In this document: one piece after another, positions 45,144 to 56,164 of the stretch
Layout: each line of letters starts with the position of its first letter
Numbering within the stretch: position 1 is the first letter of the stretch
Assembly: GCA_963809485.1 (NCBI GenBank)
Contig: CAWEJX010000006.1
Coordinates: forward strand, 256,001 to 320,000
DNA length: 64,000 nt
Direction of reading: 5' to 3'
DNA from: an uncultured Acidobacteriota bacterium
Lineage (GTDB): Bacteria; Acidobacteriota; UBA6911
Translations under genes and position numbers: made by a program
Notes under the pieces: model-generated
Databases searched by the model: none
Seen by the model: the letters and a program-made list of their open reading frames with translations, nothing else
What the model was told of the DNA's origin: nothing

Positions 45144-45539
45144 TAGTACCAAGACCAGTGTTACAACAGCACTAAATCTACCGAGAAGATGCGAAGATGC
45201 GGACACCCATTGGTGGTCCCTATCCGGGATGGCCGAAATAGGCAGAATGAATTCACAGACTTCCCAAAGAAAAAGCCGGACCAACAGCTTCATAGCCTCC
45301 TGATCGCTATACAATTCGTGATGCGCGATTACCAATCCATGGCACATTTTGGATTTTGTTTGGGTATTCGACCAGTATTATTGGCTAAAATATCCACCAC
45401 TGTGAAAAACGAATTTATGACCGTTCCTTTCATTGAGGCGAATGCACTTGTACTCAAAAGCTGCCTCCGCCGCAAACCAATGCCTCAGTGAAAACACAAT
45501 GGATGCATTTTGGGTAGAACGAGTGAGGGGGAGAGCATT

Positions 45540-46127
45540 ATGAATATTCGCAGGATCTTAAGTGCAGTAACAGGGTGTTTGGCGCCGTTGATGCCCGCGT
45601 TTTCTCAGAGTCCGGAGACGGTCAATATCGATCCATTTTACGCAACATTGGATGCCAACAAAGACGGGTTCATAGGCAGGGGAGAATGGAAGGAGTTTGG
45701 ATTATTGGATGCGTCCTTCCCGCTTTGCGATCCCGACAAGGATGACAAGATCACCAAACAGGAGATGGCAGCTTGTGCCGTTCCGGAATCGATGGATCCC
45801 AGGAAGGAAGGGGTTCTCACCGTATATTCCGGGGGACGTTTTGTAATTCCATCGCCTGGAGCCTCGTTCCCTAAACCCGCGAATGCCCCGCCGGGAATCA
45901 TGCAGGCGACGCAAATGGTCTCCGACAGCCCCTATGTGGAAGGCGGACCGACTGGACAGGATTTCGTCAAAATGTTCGATGCGGATGGAGACGGAAAAAT
46001 CAACCACGATGAGTGGGAGAAGCTGAAGAACAATACCGTCTTCAAGCCATTTCGCTGGCCGCAATACAACAGGAACCGGGACCAGTGGATCACCGTGGAC
46101 GAGGCCCCAAAGGCGCCCTCGAAGTAA
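45540..46127 (+). CDS. Secreted EF-hand protein
   Basis: DANKDGFIGRGE, DPDKDDKITKQE, DADGDGKINHDE, NRNRDQWITVDE. Confidence 0.85.
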   Translation: MNIRRILSAVTGCLAPLMPAFSQSPETVNIDPFYATLDANKDGFIGRGEWKEFGLLDASFPLCDPDKDDKITKQEMAACAVPESMDPRKEGVLTVYSGGRFVIPSPGASFPKPANAPPGIMQATQMVSDSPYVEGGPTGQDFVKMFDADGDGKINHDEWEKLKNNTVFKPFRWPQYNRNRDQWITVDEAPKAPSK

Positions 46128-46130
46128 TTT

Positions 46131-46254
46131 CATTGGTAAACCCGCGGCTCTGCCGGGGGGCTCAAAGAGTTTGACAGCTCCGTATTTTGAAACGATGAGA
46201 AACGCTGATAAAAGCGCTGACAAACGCGGATTTGTTCGGCGAGGGTCGGCGAGC
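46131..46254 (+). repeat. Truncated copy (left end only) of the 63.2-kb IS200-derived element
   Basis: Near-identical to 63213-63336. Confidence 0.85.
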
Positions 46255-46401
46255 CGATTTGCCCGGTCAGATCCCAATACTATGGAATTGGGGAAGCTTG
46301 GGTGAGGGGCGTTTTATTCCTACGCGGCATCGTACACCGGGGCGGATGAGATTCCGGCGGAATGAACCGATCCGGCAAAGTGGTCTCAAAGGAAAGCTGA
46401 G

Positions 46402-47040
46402 TTAATGGCAGTTGCATCCATCAGAGCAATGCTCGCCCTTCAGGACTTCAACCCCCTCGTTGGCAATGATCGGAACCATTATTAGGGCGGCTATGGGGTC
46501 AGCCCACCACCATCCGAAAAGCGCATTGAGAAGCAGCCCGCAAAGCAGGATAGCCGACAAATAGGCGCAGAAGTCAGTCTGGCGTGAATCCGCCCGCATG
46601 GCAGCACTGCTGATTTTGGAGGCAACCTGTCTCTTGGACCGTGCGAGCAGCGGCATCACAACGACGGACACAGCGGCAATTGCAATGCCGGGAATGCTCC
46701 GTTCCGGAGCTTCATGCCGGACCAGAATCGATACAGAATCATAGAGAATGTATAAAGCCAATCCCATGAAGCAAAATCCGACGATTCTCAAAGTCGCCCG
46801 TTCCACGGATTCGCGCCGCTCGGGATTGAATTCATGGCGAAGCCGCCACAATAGCGCAGTTCCCGAAGTTACCTCGATTGCGCTGTCTATCCCGAATCCG
46901 ACAAGCGAGACCGACCCGGCGATCAGTCCGGCAACGATTGAGATAATGCCTTCCAGGCAGTTATAAATAATCGTGAAATACTCCAGCCTGCGTCCATGCC
47001 TGACGTATCTTTCTCTGTTGGGGTCCGGATCTTGTTTCAT
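46402..47040 (-). CDS. Cation efflux (CDF-like) transporter
   Basis: SVSLVGFGIDSAIE, ADSRQT, WWADPIAAL. Confidence 0.85.
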   Translation of the reverse strand: MKQDPDPNRERYVRHGRRLEYFTIIYNCLEGIISIVAGLIAGSVSLVGFGIDSAIEVTSGTALLWRLRHEFNPERRESVERATLRIVGFCFMGLALYILYDSVSILVRHEAPERSIPGIAIAAVSVVVMPLLARSKRQVASKISSAAMRADSRQTDFCAYLSAILLCGLLLNALFGWWWADPIAALIMVPIIANEGVEVLKGEHCSDGCNCH

Positions 47041-47186
47041 GATTTCGGAATATATCAGTCCAACCTTCAAATAGGGAACTTTGCTGCGAATGCATCTTTA
47101 CGGTCGGGAACACAGTAAGGCCGCACCGATACACCTTTCCGCTTGCACTGACGAAGCGAACTCACAAATGCCGGCACTCGAAAAAA

Positions 47187-48353
47187 TTACGCCAGAAGCT
47201 GTTGCGCCCGGATCAGGCGGTTCCGGACATCGACTCCATTCGGACACTCCACGGCGCAGGAAGAGCAGTCGCTGCATCGAACCCTGAGGATTTCCTGCGG
47301 AAGCCGCCTGAAATACCCGCGCGCCTGCTCGAAGTTGCCACCGAAATCGTGGTAAGCCAGGAACCGCAATTCATCGGTAACAGGCACCCCATTCGGGCAT
47401 TGGCCTTTGCATTCATAGCACATGCGGCAGTACCGGGACCGGATCTCCTCATTGCGCACGTACAGCATTTTCTCGTCCTGGGAGGTGTAAGGCTCCGTCA
47501 TCGCCCGGAAATTCATCTCGAGTTCGGCTATGTTTTTGGCAAAAGGCACCGTGGTTGAGATCGCGGGATTCATGAGAACCCACTTGATGGCGGCCAGCGG
47601 GCCCTCGTTTTTCAGCCTCAACTCTTTGGGAGGGATGAATCCGGCTACGGCAAGAATGACTTTCATCGCCACCACCCCGATTCCCGCATCATGCAGCTTG
47701 CGTATGGCCGCATTGCGCAGATGCGAACCTATCGGGTAGCTGTAGGTAGTCTGCACGACATCGAATTTGCCGATCTCAAGGATTTTATCCACGACCGCAT
47801 ATATGTCGTGCGCGCTGACGCCGATAAATCGGGTCTTGCCCTGTTTTTTCAGCGATTCGCAGGCCTCGACCGCCTCGTCCGTGATGGCATCCGGTGTGTC
47901 CCGGGAATGCAGATGCCAGATGTCAACGTAATCCGTCTGCAGAGCCTTCAGACTGGCGTCGATATCCCTGAGGACTTCCGCTTTGGTTTTTCCATCGGTT
48001 TTGGTCGCGATGACAACCTTGTCTCTCTTTCCTTTGAGAGCAGCCCCCGCGATCTCCTCGCTTTGGCCCTGCTGGTACATGCGGGCGGTATCGTAGTAGG
48101 TGACCCCCAATTCCGCAGCACGAGCGACGACTGCCGGATCGATCTGTGAGTATCCGACGCCGCAACCGACAGCAGACACTTTCAGCCCGGTCTTACCCAG
48201 CGTCCGATAGGCCGGGCCGGCAGAAGTCTGGCTAAAGGCGTCCGGGTAGTGCGATGCGACAAAGCCCGCTGCGGGCAGGATCAATCCGGACTGCAGAAAC
48301 CTTCTTCGCGATGAATCGAATTCCACAAAGCCTCCTTTCACGGCAAAGCTCAT
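47187..48353 (-). CDS. Aldo/keto reductase with Tat signal and C-terminal 4Fe-4S dicluster
   Basis: SRRRFLQ, LGKTGLKVS, YDTARMY, CRMCYECKGQCP, CSDCSSCAVECP. Confidence 0.9.
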   Translation of the reverse strand: MSFAVKGGFVEFDSSRRRFLQSGLILPAAGFVASHYPDAFSQTSAGPAYRTLGKTGLKVSAVGCGVGYSQIDPAVVARAAELGVTYYDTARMYQQGQSEEIAGAALKGKRDKVVIATKTDGKTKAEVLRDIDASLKALQTDYVDIWHLHSRDTPDAITDEAVEACESLKKQGKTRFIGVSAHDIYAVVDKILEIGKFDVVQTTYSYPIGSHLRNAAIRKLHDAGIGVVAMKVILAVAGFIPPKELRLKNEGPLAAIKWVLMNPAISTTVPFAKNIAELEMNFRAMTEPYTSQDEKMLYVRNEEIRSRYCRMCYECKGQCPNGVPVTDELRFLAYHDFGGNFEQARGYFRRLPQEILRVRCSDCSSCAVECPNGVDVRNRLIRAQQLLA

Positions 48354-48693
48354 GGGTTCAGGGTTCGAATTTCGATCGATGCAACGACCTTATTGCGCAG
48401 CCTTTGCTGCAGCAAGATACCATAGTGACGACACTGTTCTCAATCCACCCGGCTTTCAGCCCGTTGAAAACGGCAACGTATTTTCCGGTAGCCGTCTCAA
48501 GATGACGGCGATATAGGGTCTTCCCGCCACAACCCGGATTGTAGCCCCGGAATTTGCATGTCTGGAATCGGGTTAGACTCTCTGACTCAGTGGTCAGCGG
48601 TTTTTATTTATTTTCCTGCATAAAAGGGTGGGTTATAGTGGCGAGTGGTGCGCGCGCGATCATTATCGCATCCATTCCAGGAGGGAACGGAAC

Positions 48694-50682
48694 ATGACGG
48701 ATTTCATCAATGCCAGCGTGGCGGAGTGGCCTTATCCCGTGAACTATGGAAAGGAGAACGTTGTCACCGCCGATGTCGTCATCCTCGGCGGAGGCATTGC
48801 GGGATGCCATGCTGCCGTACATGCGGCGAGGCGGGGAGCGAAGGTTGTTGTTGTCGACAAAGGGCCGGTGATCCGCAGCGGCTCGGGCGGGGCCGGCGTC
48901 GATCATTGGCACGCCGCCTGCACGAATCCCTGCTCCAAGGTCACGCCGGAAGAGATGATGGAAATCGTCAAAGTGTTTGGCGACTACTCTTACCATGAAT
49001 ACGGCAACGGCATCACCTGTTACATCCAATGCAAGGAAAGCTATGATGCGCTTCTGGACGTCGAGGGCATGGGAGTGAAGGTCCGGGATGTCGACGATCA
49101 ATTCGTGGGCGCCGAGTTCCGCGACGAAAAAACCAAGCTCATGTTTGCCTACGACTATGTGAACAGGACCTGCATCCGCGTCAACGGCGGAGCCCACATC
49201 AAAGTCGCTCTGTACAAGGAACTCAAAAGACTCGGAGTGCAGGTTTTTGACCGCATCATGGTCACAAGCCTGCTCAATGAGGGGGGCAAGCCGGGCGGAC
49301 GGGTGGCAGGGGCTGCCGGCGTCAACATGCGCACCGGCGAGTTTTACATATTCAACGCCAAGGCCGCGATACTGTCGATGTCGGTTTTTGCCGGACAGTG
49401 GGTGTTTTCCACAGAGATCGCCGGCCTCAGCTCCATCTTCAACGATCCGAACAACTCGGGTGACGGCACGGCTATGGCCTGGAATGCCGGGGCCGATCTG
49501 GCATTGATGGAAAGGAGCGGCCGCGGGCTGTCGAGCGGATTCTTCCGCTATCCCCCATACGGGACGGGCGACCACAACAACACCTGGTTTGCCTGCACCA
49601 TCGTCGATGCCAACGGCAAAGAGATCCCTTATGTGGACAGAGAGGGGAATGTTCTGAAGACGGTTTCGGAACGTAACCGTCCCGCGCCCGGTCAAAAGTA
49701 CTTTATGTACGGCCGCATGGGTCCCAAAGCGATTTGGGGGCCCGGCCTCATTCCGGATCTGTCGGAACGAATAGCAAAAGGGGAGTACGCCTTGCCCCTG
49801 TACGCCGATCTGCCCGGCATGCCGGAGCACGAGCGCCGCGCAATCTGGGGTTTGATGATCTATAACGAAGGCAAGTGCAGCATCATTTACGACAATTACT
49901 GCAAGGCCGGATTTGATCCCGACAAAGACATGCTTCAACTGCCGGTCATGCCTCCAGAACAATACGGCCGCGGGCCCGCCTGGGAGACCTACGGGCCGCG
50001 TCAGTGGCGTGAAGGAGCCTTCGGCGGCGGCGGGGGCATCGTTTTTGACTGGGATCTGAAATCAAGTCTGGACGGGCTCTATGTCGCGGGCAGCCAGCAA
50101 TATTCAGGCGGAACACACGCCCACGCCGCTGCAACGGGCAGATATGCGGGACGAAAGGCCGCCGGCTATTCGAAGCGGGCCATTCTGGGCGCCATTGATA
50201 GAAAGCAGGTAGAGGCCGAAAAAGCGCGCGTCTACGCGCCCGCCATGCGCAAGGACGGCATCGGCTGGAAGGAATTAAGGTCCGGGCTGTGCCGTGTCAT
50301 GCAGGATTACTGCGGCGAGTTCAAGAGCGAACCGGTTCTGAAAACGGGCCTGCACTGGATCCGCAGCATCCGTGAGAGCGAAGCCCCGACGGCCTTCGCA
50401 AGAAATCCCCATGAGCTTTGCCGGGTTCTCGAATGCCATACCCACATGACGATCGCGGAGATCATCATGCAGGCTTCGCTCGCGCGCAAAGCCAGCAGCG
50501 CGCTTCTGGATTTCAAGCGACTGGACTATCCGGAAGTCGATCCCCCGGAATGGAACAAAATTGTGACCATCCGGCTGGAAAACAACAGGGTCAAGGCCGG
50601 AGAGCTTCCCATGAAGTACTGGCTCCTGCCGCCCTGCGCACCGGACTACGAAGAAAATTACAGGAAGCACAGCGAACTATAG
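48694..50682 (+). CDS. FAD-binding oxidoreductase, AprA/SdhA flavoprotein family
   Basis: ILGGGIAG, RSGSGGAG, GDGTAMAWNAGA, GLYVAG, RLDYP. Confidence 0.85.
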   Translation: MTDFINASVAEWPYPVNYGKENVVTADVVILGGGIAGCHAAVHAARRGAKVVVVDKGPVIRSGSGGAGVDHWHAACTNPCSKVTPEEMMEIVKVFGDYSYHEYGNGITCYIQCKESYDALLDVEGMGVKVRDVDDQFVGAEFRDEKTKLMFAYDYVNRTCIRVNGGAHIKVALYKELKRLGVQVFDRIMVTSLLNEGGKPGGRVAGAAGVNMRTGEFYIFNAKAAILSMSVFAGQWVFSTEIAGLSSIFNDPNNSGDGTAMAWNAGADLALMERSGRGLSSGFFRYPPYGTGDHNNTWFACTIVDANGKEIPYVDREGNVLKTVSERNRPAPGQKYFMYGRMGPKAIWGPGLIPDLSERIAKGEYALPLYADLPGMPEHERRAIWGLMIYNEGKCSIIYDNYCKAGFDPDKDMLQLPVMPPEQYGRGPAWETYGPRQWREGAFGGGGGIVFDWDLKSSLDGLYVAGSQQYSGGTHAHAAATGRYAGRKAAGYSKRAILGAIDRKQVEAEKARVYAPAMRKDGIGWKELRSGLCRVMQDYCGEFKSEPVLKTGLHWIRSIRESEAPTAFARNPHELCRVLECHTHMTIAEIIMQASLARKASSALLDFKRLDYPEVDPPEWNKIVTIRLENNRVKAGELPMKYWLLPPCAPDYEENYRKHSEL

Positions 50683-50708
50683 GGATCAACGATCCGGAGG
50701 TATTGATC

Positions 50709-51047
50709 ATGTCGGAAAAAGCTCTTTTGGTGACCAACCCCCCATCCGCCTGCAAGGCAATCCTATTCGATGCCGATCTTTGCACCGCTTGTCTGAATTG
50801 CGTCGAGGTGTGCCGGACGGACGTGTTGATCCCCAATCCGAAACAGGGCGAGCCGCCCATTGTGCTGTATCCCGATGAATGCTGGTTCTGCGGCAGCTGC
50901 GTGGCGCATTGCCCCTGTCCCGGCGCCATCCGGATGGAGCATCCTTTGAGCCAGCGCGCGACCTGGAAACGGAAAGAAACCGGAGAGCTGTTCCGTATCG
51001 GGATGAAGAATCCTCCTCCGCCGAATACCAAGCCACCGGTTTGCTAG
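50709..51047 (+). CDS. AprB-like 2x[4Fe-4S] ferredoxin
   Basis: CTACLNCVEVC, YPDECWFCGSCVAHCP. Confidence 0.85.
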   Translation: MSEKALLVTNPPSACKAILFDADLCTACLNCVEVCRTDVLIPNPKQGEPPIVLYPDECWFCGSCVAHCPCPGAIRMEHPLSQRATWKRKETGELFRIGMKNPPPPNTKPPVC

Positions 51048-51357
51048 CGGAGAGTGGCTAACGGAGCATCGCAAAACAAGACGGAACTCCGCCCCGCGGC
51101 ATCCGAACGGCTCCAGTAAACGAGTTTCGAAAATGCGTTACGCGCTGCAATGGCAATTATAGGGTAAAGAGCTTTTCCTGTTGCGATCAGCTCTTTACCA
51201 TTGCCTTTGATGGACCATCCATACAGGCGGTTCTTCAATGCAGGAATAGGATAGCGTTTAGTGCCGCAGCCGCGCCTATAGGAAGATCCGCAAATGCGGC
51301 ATATCCTACAAGTTTTTGCGTTTTCAAAAATCTTTTTTAATCCGGCTCAATACCTGT

Positions 51358-51750
51358 TCACTGCCACGGATACTTATCGAATGGGAACTCTGTGCGGGAG
51401 TTCTTGACCGCCGCTGGATAATCCTTCTGGTTCAGGTCCGGAAACCATCCCACCAATTCACGATAAACCATACATTTGTCCCGTTGCGCCGACAGCCGCG
51501 AATCGGGGCCGACGGCTGCAAACAAAGCTGCCTCGGATACCGAATCCGACGACATGCGCAGCCCGCCGCCTTCCGCGGTATCGAAAATCAGGAATTTCGG
51601 GCTTTTCGAGGAGCTATTGTCCCATGCGGGCCACTCCGGCAGTTTCCCATCCCGTCCGCGTCCGGGAGCGCCGTGATAGGCGAACTCTGCCCAATAGGAC
51701 ATTATTTGTTTCGACAATGCCAGGCGTGTTTCCCGGGTGTGCTGCCAACC
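51358..51750 (-). pseudogene. Carboxylesterase C-terminal fragment
   Basis: LSKQIMSYWAEFAYHGAPG...WPAWD...FLIFD; no catalytic region. Confidence 0.65.
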
Positions 51751-52080
51751 GCGGGCATGTATGCTGGATGTGAAGTATCTGAATGCATTTTGCATTTTTG
51801 CGGTAAAATCTGCCTGGATATCATTCGAACAATGAGATGAGCATCTGGTGGTTGCCACAAAATGATATTGTCAGAAACTGCCGTCGCCGGCTGCCCAAGC
51901 GGTATGCAGCTTGTTCGGCCCATCCGCTGGGACCGCGGGATGCGCTTTTTATAGCGTCTCACGATGGCTCTGTGTAACTCGTCCGTCCGAATGAAGGACG
52001 GGTCGCCGGGCTGGTCGATGGGGACGAGATAGCCGTGCTTATGCCGCCGGTCATCGGGTGATCTCAGAAAGGAGTTCAAC

Positions 52081-53175
52081 ATGAGCAAGTTGGCAAATGC
52101 TGCAGTCGTGCGGGAAGTCGGCGGGCCGTACTCCATCGAGGCGGTCGAACTCGACGATCTGCGCACCAATGAGGTCTATGTGCGTGTGGAGGCGGCCGGG
52201 GTATGCCATACCGACGCCAACATGCAGGTCATGGTTCCGATGCCGGCGGTGCTCGGCCACGAAGGCGCGGGGGTCGTGGAAGAGGTCGGGGCCGGTGTCG
52301 ATTACGTCAAGCCCGGAGACCGGGTGATCATCTCCTGGCCGGCCTGCGGCGTTTGCCCCAACTGCTTGACAGGCAAACGCTACATCTGCGACAACGCTTT
52401 CTCCCTGCTTTTCGGCGGCCGAAGACCGGACGGCTCCCGGACGATCAGGCTTGGCGGCGCCTGGATCTCGGGTTCCTGGTTCCAGCAGTCCTCGTTTGCC
52501 ACCTCCTCTCTGTGCCCGGCCGAGTCGCTCGTCAAGGTCGGAGATGACGTGCCGCCGGAGATCCTGGCTGCTCTTCCGTGCGGCGCGATGACGGGCGCCG
52601 GCGCGGTAGTCAGCGCCCTGCAGGTTGGTCCTCAGGACGGCCTGCTGGTCCTCGGCGGGGGAGGAGTGGGGCTGAGCGCGGTCATGGCTGCGCGCATGGC
52701 CGGCGCCTACCCCATCATCACAGTGGATGTGAACGAGGAACGCCTGGCCCTCGCCCTCGAGCTTGGGTCCACTCATGGGATCAACGCCGGGAAGGAGGAT
52801 GCAGCGGCGCGGGTGCAGGAGATCAGCCCGGGCGGGGTGAGGTACGCCTTCGACAGTTCCGGAGTGGTCTCCAGCTGGAATGTCGCCGCCCTGAGCGTGC
52901 GCGCCGGCGGTACCTTCGGGGTCTGCGCCGCCGCAAGCCAGGAGACCCTCGGGGGGAGCCCGCACATAACCCTGTCCAAGGGCATGCGCATACAGTTCAT
53001 CATGGGAGGCTCGGTCGTTCCCCGGTTGTTCCTGCCCAAGATGATCGAGTGGTACAAGCAGGGACGGTTCCCTGTCGATAAGCTGATCAAGACCTTCCCG
53101 TTTTCGCAGATCAACGAGGCCTTCGCCGCAGCTCATCACGGCGCCGCGATAAAGCCGGTGCTGCTTATCGAGTAG
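52081..53175 (+). CDS. Zn-dependent alcohol dehydrogenase (aryl-alcohol dehydrogenase-like)
   Basis: GVCHTD, LGHEGAG, CGVCPNC..C, GGGGVG, GRFPVDKL. Confidence 0.92.
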   Translation: MSKLANAAVVREVGGPYSIEAVELDDLRTNEVYVRVEAAGVCHTDANMQVMVPMPAVLGHEGAGVVEEVGAGVDYVKPGDRVIISWPACGVCPNCLTGKRYICDNAFSLLFGGRRPDGSRTIRLGGAWISGSWFQQSSFATSSLCPAESLVKVGDDVPPEILAALPCGAMTGAGAVVSALQVGPQDGLLVLGGGGVGLSAVMAARMAGAYPIITVDVNEERLALALELGSTHGINAGKEDAAARVQEISPGGVRYAFDSSGVVSSWNVAALSVRAGGTFGVCAAASQETLGGSPHITLSKGMRIQFIMGGSVVPRLFLPKMIEWYKQGRFPVDKLIKTFPFSQINEAFAAAHHGAAIKPVLLIE

Positions 53176-53286
53176 CGGTGCAGATCTTTTGTCGGCAGCC
53201 GGGTGAGGGCATGCAGGCAGCAGCGGCGGAGACCGGATCAGCAGCCGCATCCAGGTTTTTAAGGTTTCAGAATTGAGGAGGAATTG

Positions 53287-54882
53287 ATGTCGCACGCCAC
53301 AGTTGCCATCGAACCGCAGACTGCGCCCAAAAGCAAAACCTGGCTCGCGCTCGCAGCGATTTTCATCACGTATTTCGCCTCCAGCTATATCTTTCGCGGC
53401 TGGACGGTTGCAGCGCCGAGGATCGCGGCTGAACTGAACGGCATGAGCCTGTTTTCGTGGGCGATCTCACTGCCGGCCCTCGCCGCCGCTTTCGTAACGC
53501 TCATATTCGGGAAGCTGTCCGATATGTACGGGCGCCGCCCCATAATTGCGATTAGCTTGTTGGTCTATCTGGCCGGATCGGTCCTCTGTGCGGTCAGCGA
53601 GACATTCGTTTTCTTTATCGTGGCCCGCATAATCCTCGCCATGGGCCAGGGCGCCATTGCCCCGTTGTGCTTCTCCGTCGTGGGAGATCTGTTCCCGCCG
53701 GCCGAGCGAAGCAGATGGACCGGCTTGCTGCAGATTCCGGCGGGTATTGCGGCCGTGCTCATCCCGACATTTGTGGGAGTCCTCACAGACAGGCTGAGCT
53801 GGCGCCACTACTTCTGGATAGCGCTGGCGCTCGCTTTGATCGGCGCGATTTTCGTGCTTGTTGGAGTGCCGCCGCAAACCAAAAAGGTTCAGCACAGGAT
53901 CGATTTCTTCGGCTCCTGTCTGCTTGCGGTCGCCTCTTCGACAACAATCCTGGCGTTTTCCTGGGCCGGGAGCGCCTATGCCTGGTCCTCGATGCGGATC
54001 CTGGGCCTGCTGACTGTTTCTTTGATCTTCTGGGCTCTATTCATCAGGGTCGAGCATAAGGCCGCTGAACCCATGCTAGCGCCCCAGGTTTTGGTCAACC
54101 GCACCTTTCTCACAGCCGCCGGCGCGGCTTTCTTTTCAGCTTTTGGTTTGATCGGAGTCTCGGTGTACTACCTGCTTTTCCTGCAGGGCGTCCAGGGTAC
54201 CAGCGCCACATTGAGCGGACAGATCATCACTCCCTTCAGCGTTCTCATGGCATTTGTCGGCGTCCCCACGGGATACCTGCTCGCCTGGAAGAAGCGTTTC
54301 AGGGCGCTGTACATCGCGGGCTACGGCACCCTGACTGTGGTAATGATTGCGGTCGTTTTCTTCGATGCCCGCACGCCGCTCTGGCTGGGAGTTGTGGTCA
54401 CCTCGATTGCCGGGCTGGGCATTGGCGCCATTCCGACGATGAATACGCTCCTGGCGCAGTTCGCCTTTCCCAAAAAGCTGCTGGGTGTCGCCGTGGCGGC
54501 GATGTTTTTTGTGGTCTTTCTGTCTCAGGCGGTCTCCCCTGCCGTTCTGGGCTCGGCCATGAACGCGAGCTACTCAAAGAAGCTGCAAACGTCGCTGCCA
54601 TCCGAACTGAACCGGATTGCGGACAAAGAGACACTGGCCGCTCTTGCGGATCCCCGGGTGCTTCTGTCGGATCAAGCAATGAAATCTCTGCGCAACGATT
54701 TCAAGGAAATTGAGGGTGAAGGAGAGGTTTTGTTCCAGAGGACCGTTCAGGCAATCCGTGACTCTCTTGAAGCGAGCCTTAGGACGATTTTCGTGATCGG
54801 GGCGGTGGCGATGCTGATCTCTTTCCTCCTCGTCGTTACTATTCCGGAGGTGTCGATGGAAGTAAAACCCGAGGACCGGTAG
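53287..54882 (+). CDS. MFS transporter (DHA2-like)
   Basis: GKLSDMYGRR, many TMs, IDFFG. Confidence 0.9.
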   Translation: MSHATVAIEPQTAPKSKTWLALAAIFITYFASSYIFRGWTVAAPRIAAELNGMSLFSWAISLPALAAAFVTLIFGKLSDMYGRRPIIAISLLVYLAGSVLCAVSETFVFFIVARIILAMGQGAIAPLCFSVVGDLFPPAERSRWTGLLQIPAGIAAVLIPTFVGVLTDRLSWRHYFWIALALALIGAIFVLVGVPPQTKKVQHRIDFFGSCLLAVASSTTILAFSWAGSAYAWSSMRILGLLTVSLIFWALFIRVEHKAAEPMLAPQVLVNRTFLTAAGAAFFSAFGLIGVSVYYLLFLQGVQGTSATLSGQIITPFSVLMAFVGVPTGYLLAWKKRFRALYIAGYGTLTVVMIAVVFFDARTPLWLGVVVTSIAGLGIGAIPTMNTLLAQFAFPKKLLGVAVAAMFFVVFLSQAVSPAVLGSAMNASYSKKLQTSLPSELNRIADKETLAALADPRVLLSDQAMKSLRNDFKEIEGEGEVLFQRTVQAIRDSLEASLRTIFVIGAVAMLISFLLVVTIPEVSMEVKPEDR

Positions 54883-55035
54883 CCCCGGGTTCCACCAAAG
54901 ATGAACACCAAAGATGAAGACACTCACTGTGCGGGGCAGCTCAAACGACCGCTGCATACAGCCATCGTAATTCCTTGTTGGGACCTATTATCGAGCCCAT
55001 CCTGCTTTCCTAACCATACATAAAGGGAGCACACG

Positions 55036-55310
55036 ATGAAAACGGAAATTGAGTTTTGAGGCAGACGTCGGACCGGTTCAAGGAGGGCTTTGACCGCATC
55101 CTGAGGGCTGTGGGCCAGCTTGACGAACGGCAGATGTGGGTGCGGCCTTCAACGGAATCCAATAGCGCCGGCATCATTCTTCAGCCCCTGATCGGCAACC
55201 TGAACCAATGGATCTGCGCAGGGCTTGGAGGAACTGAGTTCAAACGGAATCGTCCGGAAGAGTTCAAGGACGATCGGCACGCCTCAAAAGATGAGATCGT
55301 TCGGGGATAG
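55036..55310 (+). pseudogene. DinB/DUF1572-like fragment
   Basis: WVRPSTESNSAG, GNLNQWI, RNRPEEF; truncated. Confidence 0.6.
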
Positions 55311-55383
55311 GATGCCTTACGGCATTGGCGACAAATGGGCCGGTCCTCTGTGCAAACAGAGGAGCTGCAACTGTCTTTTGTTG

Positions 55384-55926
55384 CTACTCGAGAATCTGCT
55401 CCAATCGGCTGAGGTAATTTTCGTTTGTCAGATTTGAGAATTCGGCAAGCCAATGCCGGATATATGAGAGTTCCGCGCTGGGATTCTTCAGGAGAATGAT
55501 TCTGGCATCCTCAATATCTCTTGCTCGCCCGGCGATGAGTTTGTGGATAAGAAGATCTTCCAATGAGGCGAAGCATACATCTGTGTCGCCGATGCGCACC
55601 ATGCGCGAGCGGCTTATGGCCAACTGTTCAAAAGGACTGAACGAAAATATCATATCCACTCGGATTCCAGTCTCCGGATCAGAACAGGGCAACACCATCG
55701 TTTCACGCGTGAATTTTTCAGGATCGACTAAGGGAATTACTTTCATGCTGTCCAGAGCAGCAAGCACGTCCGGCAGGCGTGTGAGATCTGCGCCCAAGGT
55801 TATGTCTATATCTTTGGTGAGTCGTGGCTCGCCGTATAACAGGACCGCCTGTCCCCCGATAACCATATAGGGAATTCCGGCAGTCCTTAAACTTTGGGCG
55901 ATGCGTTCAAGCAGTTTTTCGAACAT
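55384..55926 (-). CDS. Nucleotidyltransferase family protein
   Basis: YMVIGGQAV, PRLTKDIDI, KLIAGRARDIED. Confidence 0.8.
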   Translation of the reverse strand: MFEKLLERIAQSLRTAGIPYMVIGGQAVLLYGEPRLTKDIDITLGADLTRLPDVLAALDSMKVIPLVDPEKFTRETMVLPCSDPETGIRVDMIFSFSPFEQLAISRSRMVRIGDTDVCFASLEDLLIHKLIAGRARDIEDARIILLKNPSAELSYIRHWLAEFSNLTNENYLSRLEQILE

Positions 55927-56110
55927 TAACTACCCGGGCAAGATGAATATCGGAATCGATGCCGTCAAGGGGATCCTTGAGAGGAAGAACACCAAGCGAG
56001 AGCGCTTCCTGATACATGGCTGCAAAAACTTGCAGGTTCCGATGATAATCCGGAATGCTCCGTTTTGCGACCGCGTTTTCAAATGAAATGATGGCAGGAT
56101 GATCCATGAT
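55907..56110 (-). CDS. Small partner protein of the nucleotidyltransferase
   Basis: AMYQEALSLGVLPLKDPLDGI; overlaps the NTase start. Confidence 0.6.
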   Translation of the reverse strand: MMDHPAIISFENAVAKRSIPDYHRNLQVFAAMYQEALSLGVLPLKDPLDGIDSDIHLARVVNVRKTA

Positions 56111-56164
56111 CATAGTTTTTCTCACCTTTAATCATACCGCCCTTTAAGCTGCTATCAAAACGAG

